DNA from: Patescibacteria group bacterium
Lineage (GTDB): Bacteria > Patescibacteriota > Minisyncoccia > Portnoybacterales > UBA2143
Length of the DNA: 24,493 nt
Direction of reading: 5' to 3'
Assembly (NCBI GenBank): GCA_034660935.1
Contig: JAYEKG010000008.1
Coordinates: 1 to 24,493, forward strand
Positions 1 to 6,371 of this stretch are shown piece by piece. The notes under the pieces are model-generated. The model was given only the letters and a program-made list of their open reading frames with translations. It did no database searches and was not told where the DNA came from. The position numbers and the translations under genes were made by a program. The stretch's first letter is position 1; every line of letters begins with the position of its first letter.

Positions 1-2
1 AA

Positions 3-413
3 GTCCCTCGGTCGGATATTCAGGGTAAAAAAATCTTTGAAATCAATGACAAATATTATTTTGAAGACCTTGGATTAAGACATTCAATAATTGGGTATAA
101 ACAGCCCGATATTAATAAGATATTGGAAAATTTGGTTTTTCTACATATGCAAATTGCGGGCTATAAGGTGACAATTGGCAAACTCGGCAACAAAGAGGTA
201 GATTTTGTCTGCGAAAAAAATGATAAACGGTTATATATCCAGGTCGCTTATAGAATTACCGAAGAAAATCGCGAAAGAGAATTCGGCAATTTATTAGCGA
301 TTCCTGATAATTGTCCTAAAATAGTGGTTTCTATGGATGAAATGATAGATAAAAGCGAGTATAAGGGGATTAAACAATTCAATATTAGAGAATTTTTAAC
401 TAAACAAAATTAA
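3..413 (+). CDS. ATP-binding protein, AAA_14/DUF4143 family, C-terminal part (5'-truncated by window edge)
   Basis: Frame is open from nt 3: VPRSDIQGKKIFEINDKYYFEDLGLRHSIIG...ILENLVFLH...KEVDFVCEK...YIQVAY. The KYYFxDxG, LEN and EVDF motifs are typical of the DUF4143 C-terminal domain. The stop overlaps the next ATG (TAATG). Confidence 0.85.
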   Translation, partial: VPRSDIQGKKIFEINDKYYFEDLGLRHSIIGYKQPDINKILENLVFLHMQIAGYKVTIGKLGNKEVDFVCEKNDKRLYIQVAYRITEENREREFGNLLAIPDNCPKIVVSMDEMIDKSEYKGIKQFNIREFLTKQN

Positions 414-2155
414 TGATCAAATCAAAAACCCTGTCTCGCCGACAGGCGGATAAAACCTGCCAGAATTGCAAAGCCAAATTTGTCATAGAGCCGGAGGATT
501 TTGAATTTTATAAAAAAATAGGCGTTCCCGCACCTACTTTTTGTCAGGAGTGTAGAATGGTGAGAAGATGGTCTTTCCGTGATGGAAGAATGCTATACAA
601 AAGAAAGATTGAAAATTTTGACAAAGAAGTTTTTTCCAGCATACCTCCAAATTCTCCGTTTAAGGTTTATCATTCTGATTATTGGTGGTCTGATAAAATG
701 GATGCTATGAAATATGGCCGAGAATACAATTTTTCTCGTCCTTTTTTTGTCCAAATAAAAGAATTGATGCATGAAGTAGGTTTGCCTCATATGGCAAACA
801 TAAAAATAGTAAATAGTCCTTATTGTGGAAATGTTTCTTATCTTAAAAACTGTTATTGGGTTTTTAATACTGGCATGTCAGAAAATTGCGCCTATGGCAT
901 TGACGTTATTAAATGTCGAGACAGTTATGATTTAATCAAAACAAATAATAGTGAATTATGTTACGAACTGTTTGATTGTGATAAATGTTATCAGGTATTT
1001 TTTTCAAATGAATGCAAGGAAAGTTCAAATATCTGGTTTTCTAAAAATCTAGTAGACTGTCATAATTGTTTTGGCTGTGTCAATCTACGCCACAAAAAAT
1101 ATCATATTTTTAATAAGTCGCATACCAAAGAAGAGTATTTAAAAAAAATAAAAGAACTTGGTTTAGGCAGCTGTAAAAATATTTCAGAATTAAAAGAAAA
1201 AGCTAAGAAATTTTGGTTAGGTTTCCCAAATAAATTTATGTATGGCAACAAAAATGTTGATGTTTTGGGCAACTATCTTAATAATTGTAAGAATGCTAAA
1301 AATTGTTTTTTAAGTCGAGATCTAGAAGATTGCTCGCATTGCCAAATGATTCTTTTTGCGCCGAGTAAAGATTGTTATGATATAACAATCGCTGGCGGTG
1401 AATTATGTTACGAACTTTCTATAGGTGGAGGATATAAGTTAAAGTTTTGTTGGTTAATGCCACCTAAAGATTTAAAGAATCTTGACTTTGGTCTTTTTGA
1501 TTTAGAGTATACTGTATTAGCGCTTGACTCCTCCAACCTCTTCGCCTGCGTCGGCCTCAGACATAAGAAGTACTGCATCCTCAACAAACAATATACAAAG
1601 GAAGAATACAATAAATTAGTTCCTAAAATAAAAAAGCATATGAATGATATGCCATATACAGATAAGAAGGGTAGAGTATACAAATATGGAGAGTTCTTCC
1701 CCATAGAACTGTCTCCCTTCGCCTATAACGAAACAATAGCCAATGAATACTTTCCATTAACCAAAGAACAAGCATTAGAACGGGGATATAATTGGTATGA
1801 CAAACCAAAGAACGAGTACAAACCAACAATCAAAGCAAAAGACCTCCCGGACAACATAAGGGATGTAGATGATACCGTCTTAAAAGAAATAATAGAGTGC
1901 GACAGCAAGCATTGCGCCGGTTCTGGCGTCTTCCGCATTATTCCCCAAGAGTTGAAGTTCTACAAAAAGATGAATCTTCCTCTGCCCAGATTATGTCCTG
2001 ATTGCAGACACAGAGAAAGAATCAAACAAAGGAACCCTCTCAAACTATGGAAGAGGAAATGCATGAAGTGCGGCAAAGAAATCCAAACAACATATTCCCC
2101 GGACAGAAAAGAGATTGTTTACTGCGAAAGTTGTTATAATAAGGAGGTGGGATAA
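413..2155 (+). CDS. Cys-rich conserved hypothetical protein (CPR-type): terminal CxxC zinc-ribbon modules and central Cys-repeat region
   Basis: 580 aa, about 33 Cys by manual count. N-terminal CQNC...PTFCQECR, C-terminal PRLCPDCR...CMKC...YCESC, and twice-repeated (C/F)xCVxLRHKKYxIxNK. Function unknown. Confidence 0.85.
   Translation: MIKSKTLSRRQADKTCQNCKAKFVIEPEDFEFYKKIGVPAPTFCQECRMVRRWSFRDGRMLYKRKIENFDKEVFSSIPPNSPFKVYHSDYWWSDKMDAMKYGREYNFSRPFFVQIKELMHEVGLPHMANIKIVNSPYCGNVSYLKNCYWVFNTGMSENCAYGIDVIKCRDSYDLIKTNNSELCYELFDCDKCYQVFFSNECKESSNIWFSKNLVDCHNCFGCVNLRHKKYHIFNKSHTKEEYLKKIKELGLGSCKNISELKEKAKKFWLGFPNKFMYGNKNVDVLGNYLNNCKNAKNCFLSRDLEDCSHCQMILFAPSKDCYDITIAGGELCYELSIGGGYKLKFCWLMPPKDLKNLDFGLFDLEYTVLALDSSNLFACVGLRHKKYCILNKQYTKEEYNKLVPKIKKHMNDMPYTDKKGRVYKYGEFFPIELSPFAYNETIANEYFPLTKEQALERGYNWYDKPKNEYKPTIKAKDLPDNIRDVDDTVLKEIIECDSKHCAGSGVFRIIPQELKFYKKMNLPLPRLCPDCRHRERIKQRNPLKLWKRKCMKCGKEIQTTYSPDRKEIVYCESCYNKEVG
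430..446. repeat. Small palindromic insertion CCTGTC-TCGCC-GACAGG, translated in frame
   Basis: Perfect 6-bp arms. Absent at the equivalent position of the mini-copy at 3264. Confidence 0.6.
457..540 (+). repeat. Direct repeat R5 copy 1 (5' end of Cys-rich gene)
   Basis: 84 nt matching 3314-3397 with 4 mismatches by manual alignment. Confidence 0.95.
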
Positions 2156-2159
2156 AGCA
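2092..2159 (+). repeat. Direct repeat R3 copy 1 (3' end of Cys-rich gene)
   Basis: 68 nt matching 3398-3465 with 1 mismatch; identity extends 4 nt past the stop codon. Confidence 0.95.
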
Positions 2160-2232
2160 AGTGAAATCCACCTCAGACGGGCGGGGATTGTCATTTAAAG
2201 GAAATTGGGTAGTTATGATTAAATATTGCCGC

Positions 2233-2285
2233 TTGACAGATTCGGGAATGTCTAATAAAATAGACATATGTCTAATAAAATAGAC
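2233..2285 (+). promoter_or_regulatory. Sigma70-type promoter with tandem palindromic operators for the MNT-HEPN pair
   Basis: TTGACA (2233-2238), 17 nt, TAAAAT (2256-2261). ATGTCTAATAAAATAGAC is repeated at 2248-2265 and 2268-2285; the first unit extends to the perfect inverted repeat ATGTCTA-ATAAAA-TAGACAT (2248-2267). Confidence 0.8.
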
Positions 2286-2843
2286 GACAGAATAAAACGG
2301 GTTTTTATTTCATCAGGCGAGCAAAAAATTCTTGAGTATTTGTCTTTTGTCGATGAATGGAAAACAATTCAAGAAATCAAAAAAGCGAGCCAATTATCAA
2401 AAGCGGCTGTTTATTTAATTTTGGATAAATTATTTAAATTAAACCTGCTGGAACGAGACCAAAAAGGAAAAACCTATCTTTATAGAGTTAGTTCGGCTTT
2501 TCCTATTCTTTGCGTTTTAAGCCAATTTAAGGTTTTGAATAATTTAATCAATCTTTTGCCTTTATTGAAAAAATTAATTCCTGTTAGCCAAAAAATAATT
2601 TTATTTGGCAGCGCCAGCCGCGGAGAAGATTTAAAAAATAGTGATATAGATATTTTTGTAGTTGCGCATAATATTCAAGAAGTTAATAAATTAGTTAAAA
2701 AACATAGCGCGGACAGAAAAATACAGCTTATTACCCGCGCGCCGATAGATTATATTAAATTAGAACAAACAGCTCCTGCTTTTTATAATGAAATTAATTC
2801 CGGAATTGTCGTTTGGGAAAGGGAAAACCATTATGCAGAATAA
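2268..2843 (+). CDS. Winged-HTH + minimal nucleotidyltransferase (MNT) protein, putative antitoxin/autorepressor
   Basis: N-terminal HTH (TIQEIKKASQLSKAAVYLILDKL) and pol-beta-type NTase motif LFGSASRG...SDIDIFVV. Confidence 0.88.
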   Translation: MSNKIDDRIKRVFISSGEQKILEYLSFVDEWKTIQEIKKASQLSKAAVYLILDKLFKLNLLERDQKGKTYLYRVSSAFPILCVLSQFKVLNNLINLLPLLKKLIPVSQKIILFGSASRGEDLKNSDIDIFVVAHNIQEVNKLVKKHSADRKIQLITRAPIDYIKLEQTAPAFYNEINSGIVVWERENHYAE

Positions 2844-3267
2844 ATTCAAAAAGTGTTTGGAATACAAAAAAATAGTTCGTTTTAATCGCGGACCAAATTT
2901 GGTTTCTAAGGAATTAAAATTGTCTTTGGATGATTTGAATTCCGCCAAAGATATTTACAAAAGAGGAAATTATAAATGGGCGATAGTTCACGCGTATTAT
3001 TCAATGTTTCATGCAGGGAGGGGTTTATTGTATATAAAAAGATATCGTGAAAAGAGCCATTATTGCCTAATTGAAGCCATTAGGGAATTATATGTCAAGA
3101 AAAAGGAATTAAGTTTTATTTTTGTTGAAAGCATACATAAAGCTAAGGTCTTAAGAGAAGAAGCGGATTATTATGGTGAATATAAAAAATCGATGGCCGA
3201 AGAATTAGTTAAAAAATCAGGAGAATTTTTAGACGAGGTAAAAAAAATTATAAATAATAAAAGATGA
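2833..3267 (+). CDS. HEPN domain protein, cognate of the MNT (ATG at 2833 preferred over the track's 2788)
   Basis: AIVHAYYSMFHAGRGLL and LREEADY motifs, all-helical, about 144 aa; overlaps the MNT stop by 11 nt. Confidence 0.85.
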   Translation: MQNKFKKCLEYKKIVRFNRGPNLVSKELKLSLDDLNSAKDIYKRGNYKWAIVHAYYSMFHAGRGLLYIKRYREKSHYCLIEAIRELYVKKKELSFIFVESIHKAKVLREEADYYGEYKKSMAEELVKKSGEFLDEVKKIINNKR

Positions 3268-3461
3268 ACTCAAAAACAAAAACCCCCGTAAAAAGTAGAC
3301 TTAACGGGGCATGCTGCCAGAATTGCAAAGCCAAATTCGTCATAGAGCCGGAGGATTTTGAATTTTATAAAAAAATAGGCGTTCCAGAACCGACTTTATA
3401 CTCCCCGGACAGAAAAGAGATTGTTTACTGCGAAAGTTGTTATAATAAGGAGGTGGGATAA
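3264..3461 (+). CDS. 65-aa internally deleted mini-copy of the Cys-rich protein (CQNC...CESC); may be a pseudogene
   Basis: In-frame fusion of the R5 and R3 ends, lacking 1551 nt (517 codons, equivalent to 541-2091). ATGA overlap with the HEPN stop. Confidence 0.7.
   Translation: MNSKTKTPVKSRLNGACCQNCKAKFVIEPEDFEFYKKIGVPEPTLYSPDRKEIVYCESCYNKEVG
3284..3309. repeat. Small palindromic insertion CCCCGT-N14-ACGGGG, translated in frame
   Basis: Perfect 6-bp arms; part of a 30-nt segment (PVKSRLNGAC) not present in the full-length copy. Confidence 0.6.
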
Positions 3462-3465
3462 AGCA
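3314..3465 (+). repeat. Fused R5+R3 direct repeats, copy 2
   Basis: 3314-3397 matches 457-540 and 3398-3465 matches 2092-2159. Confidence 0.95.
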
Positions 3466-3467
3466 GT

Positions 3468-3494
3468 TTTTTTAGGGACCGAGTCCCTAAAAAA
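3468..3494. repeat. Tight palindrome TTTTTTAGGGAC-CGA-GTCCCTAAAAAA
   Basis: 12-bp perfect arms and 3-nt loop. T-run precedes and A-run follows on both strands, so it is not a canonical terminator. Confidence 0.65.
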
Positions 3495-3510
3495 GGATAG
3501 GATAGGAGGG

Positions 3511-3539
3511 TTGGAAACCAAGTTTTTAGGTGGTAAAAT
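3511..3539 (+). promoter_or_regulatory. Putative promoter for the VirD4-like gene
   Basis: TTGGAA, 17 nt, TAAAAT with extended TGn; ATG follows after 9 nt. Confidence 0.5.
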
Positions 3540-3548
3540 AAGGTTATT

Positions 3549-4982
3549 ATGAATAGAGAAAAAATTCGTAAAATTAAATACGCGCCGCCTCCTCCGGAAC
3601 TGCCGATTTATGGCAAGGTGGATACTAAAGAATGCTCTTTTTTTGGCAGGACAAATTATGAGGCCGCTTTGGAAGCGAAGAAATTTATCTTTGGCATTAA
3701 GCGGGAAGATAGAAGAAGACATATTTACACTGTTGGGAAAAGCGGGGTTGGGAAAAGCAAATTTTTAGAGCTTTTAATCCGCCAAGATATTGCTTACGGG
3801 CATGGCGTATGTTTAATAGACCCGCACGGCGATTTAATTGAAAATATTTTGGATTTTATTCCCAAAGAAAGAGTAGGCGATGTTGTGATGATTAACCCGT
3901 CAGACATTAATTTTCCGGTTTCTTTTAATCCTCTTTTGAATGTTGTTCCGGAATTAAAACATCAAGTTGCGCAGGGGTTGATAGAGGTTTTAGAAAAGCA
4001 ATTTGGCGCCAACTGGACGCCACGATTAGAACATGTTTTCAGATTTACCGTCTTGGCTCTTCTTGATTATCCGGAAGCGACAATGCGCGGAATGATTATG
4101 ATGCTGACAGACAGGCACTATAGGCAAAAGGTGGTGGACTACATTGAAGACGATATGGTCAAAAGATTCTGGGCGGTGGAATTTGCCGATTGGTCGGAGA
4201 AATTTGACACGGAAGCCATTATTCCTTTGGTGAACAAATTGAGCCAATTTCTTTCCAATCCGATGTTGCGCAATATTTTTGGCCAAAAGGAAAACAAAAT
4301 TGATTTGGATAATATTATCAATAGCAAAAAAATTCTTTTAATCAATTTAGCCAAAGGCAAGTTAGGGGAGGAAAATAGTTCGTTTTTTGGTTCAATGTTT
4401 ATCACCAAGCTTTATCAGACGGGTATGTCAAGGGCCTCAATGGAAGAGAAAAACAGGGAAGATTTCTATTTTTACATAGACGAGTTCCAAAATTTAGTAA
4501 CGACGACTTTTGAAAATTTATTTGCCGAATCAAGGAAATACGGGTTTTGTATTACGGTTGCCCATCAATATATGGCGCAATTATTGCCGCAAGTTATGGC
4601 AACTGTTTTGGGAAATATTGGAACAATAGTTGTTTTTAGGGTAGGCGGAGATGACGCGGCAAAGCTGGCTATGGAAATGAAACCGATTTTTCAAGCAGAA
4701 GATATGCTTAATTTGGGCATTCGGGAATTTTATATTAAAATGGCTATTGACGGCGAGACATTTGACCCTTTTTCCGCGGAAACATTAAAAGTTTTGCCCG
4801 CTACGCATAAAACTTGCAAAAAGGAAATTATAGAGCAAAGCCGAAAAAAATACGCTCTTTCGCTGGAAGAGGCAAAAAAGAAACTGGACGAAGAAGAAGC
4901 GCTGAAATTAAAGAAAAACGAAAAAGACAAGAAGGAAAAAAGAGGCGAGAAGGACAAAACAGAGCCAGAGCCGTTGGTGTAA
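3549..4982 (+). CDS. VirD4/TraG/HerA-like (type IV coupling protein family) ATPase with no predicted membrane anchor
   Basis: Walker A GKSGVGKS, IDPHGDL, FNPL, LINLAKG, Walker B FYFYIDEFQN, ESRKYG...AHQY...Q; charged Lys/Glu tail. Confidence 0.85.
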   Translation: MNREKIRKIKYAPPPPELPIYGKVDTKECSFFGRTNYEAALEAKKFIFGIKREDRRRHIYTVGKSGVGKSKFLELLIRQDIAYGHGVCLIDPHGDLIENILDFIPKERVGDVVMINPSDINFPVSFNPLLNVVPELKHQVAQGLIEVLEKQFGANWTPRLEHVFRFTVLALLDYPEATMRGMIMMLTDRHYRQKVVDYIEDDMVKRFWAVEFADWSEKFDTEAIIPLVNKLSQFLSNPMLRNIFGQKENKIDLDNIINSKKILLINLAKGKLGEENSSFFGSMFITKLYQTGMSRASMEEKNREDFYFYIDEFQNLVTTTFENLFAESRKYGFCITVAHQYMAQLLPQVMATVLGNIGTIVVFRVGGDDAAKLAMEMKPIFQAEDMLNLGIREFYIKMAIDGETFDPFSAETLKVLPATHKTCKKEIIEQSRKKYALSLEEAKKKLDEEEALKLKKNEKDKKEKRGEKDKTEPEPLV

Positions 4983-4996
4983 GAAAAAGACGGGAT

Positions 4997-5025
4997 TTGT
5001 TTTAAGGCGGAAAATAGTGTATTAT
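4997..5025 (+). promoter_or_regulatory. Putative promoter for the FtsA-like gene
   Basis: TTGTTT, 17 nt, TATTAT; ATG follows after 7 nt with no SD. Confidence 0.45.
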
Positions 5026-5032
5026 ACGGTTA

Positions 5033-6337
5033 ATGGCGCGGGTGAAAAAAATTTTCAAAAATAGTTTATTCAGAAGAAAAAAAAGAGCGAAAGATTACTT
5101 GCTGGCTTTGGATATTGGGACCGAATTTGTCAAAGCGGTGATTTTTAAGAAAGAGGAAGATTTTTTTGGCGATAGGGAAAAACAGAGAGGAGTGGTTGTG
5201 GGAGTTGGGCGCGCGAGACAGCCATCGGGATATATGCTTGCCGGGGCGGTCGCTAACATAGAGGGGGTATCTTACACTTGCGGGCAAGCTATTAAGCGGG
5301 CCGCGCAAATAGCTTGCGTGGAGCCAACCAAAGCGGTTATCGGCGTGGCGGGGGAATTTATTAAAGGAGCTACGACAAATTTTATTGAACAGAGAGAAAA
5401 GCCGGAAAAAGAAATTGATTTAAGCGAACTTAAAAATATTATTCAAAAAGCGCAATGGAAAGCGTTTAGCCAAATTCGCTCGCAATTGGCGTGGGAAACC
5501 GGACGTTCGGAAGTTGAGATTAGACTGGTTAATGCTTTAATTACTGAAATTCGCATTGATGGATATCAGGTGACTAATCCTTTGAATTTTCAGGGAAAGG
5601 AAATCTTTTTGGGTATTTTTAATGTTTATGCGCCTTTAATTCATTTGCGCGCGCTTGAGGCCATCGCCCCAAAACTTAATTTAGAATTGCTTTCAGTGGC
5701 GGCGGAACCGTACGCGCTTACCAAATTATCAGGTTTTAATCCCAAAGCCGGCGCGATTTTCATTGATACAGGAGGAGGAACGACGGATATTGCCTTAACT
5801 CGCCAAAGGAAAATAGAGGGGATAAAAAGTTTTGCTCTGGCCGGCAGGGCTTTTACCTCCCGATTAGCGCGAACGCTGGGCCTTAATTTTACCGAAGCAG
5901 AGGAGGTTAAAATAAGATATGCCCAAAAAAAATTAAGCAGAAGCGCTAACGGAAAAATTAGGCAGATTCTCAAAAGAGATGTGGAAATATGGCTTAGCGG
6001 CGTTGAACTGATTTTAGAGGAATTTGGGCAAACCGAATATTTTCCTTCAACGATTTTGCTTTGCGGCGGAGGAAGTTTGCTCCCGGGCATCAAAAATATT
6101 TTGAAAAGAAGCGCGGTCAGTGACCGATGGATAAGCAAATTTCCTTTCAGCCAAATGCCTCAAGTGGATTTTATTAACCCTGAACAAGTAAGCAATATTA
6201 GCGATCCGACAGACGCCTTGAAGGGACCCGAGAATATTACGCCGTTGGCATTAGCCGGTTTAACATTAGACATATCTACCGATGAAAAAGAAATTTTGCC
6301 TCCTATCTTGCGCCGAGTGGCGAGAATAATGAGATAA
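5033..6337 (+). CDS. FtsA-like actin-fold ATPase (paralogue outside the dcw cluster)
   Basis: Phosphate-1 LALDIGTEFVK, phosphate-2 IDTGGGTTDI, adenosine LLCGGGSLLPG, FtsA-type 1C-like insertion, and amphipathic C-terminus ILRRVARIMR. Confidence 0.8.
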   Translation: MARVKKIFKNSLFRRKKRAKDYLLALDIGTEFVKAVIFKKEEDFFGDREKQRGVVVGVGRARQPSGYMLAGAVANIEGVSYTCGQAIKRAAQIACVEPTKAVIGVAGEFIKGATTNFIEQREKPEKEIDLSELKNIIQKAQWKAFSQIRSQLAWETGRSEVEIRLVNALITEIRIDGYQVTNPLNFQGKEIFLGIFNVYAPLIHLRALEAIAPKLNLELLSVAAEPYALTKLSGFNPKAGAIFIDTGGGTTDIALTRQRKIEGIKSFALAGRAFTSRLARTLGLNFTEAEEVKIRYAQKKLSRSANGKIRQILKRDVEIWLSGVELILEEFGQTEYFPSTILLCGGGSLLPGIKNILKRSAVSDRWISKFPFSQMPQVDFINPEQVSNISDPTDALKGPENITPLALAGLTLDISTDEKEILPPILRRVARIMR

Positions 6338-6371
6338 GCGGTAAAACTGTTTAAAAATTAAAAATTAATTT

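Noticed and set aside
2788-2832. Longer HEPN start; similarly the extended starts of PEGA (13713), holB (18906) and the propeller (19866)
   Set aside because: The extensions overlap upstream genes or repeats and lack family-like sequence; downstream starts fit better.
457-3465. Diversity-generating retroelement (mini-copy as template repeat)
   Set aside because: No reverse transcriptase in the window. Only 2 of the 5 mismatches have A in the mini-copy, so there is no adenine-specific pattern.
3549-4982. Conjugative element (ICE)
   Set aside because: No relaxase, VirB4, integrase or att/tRNA boundary in the window.
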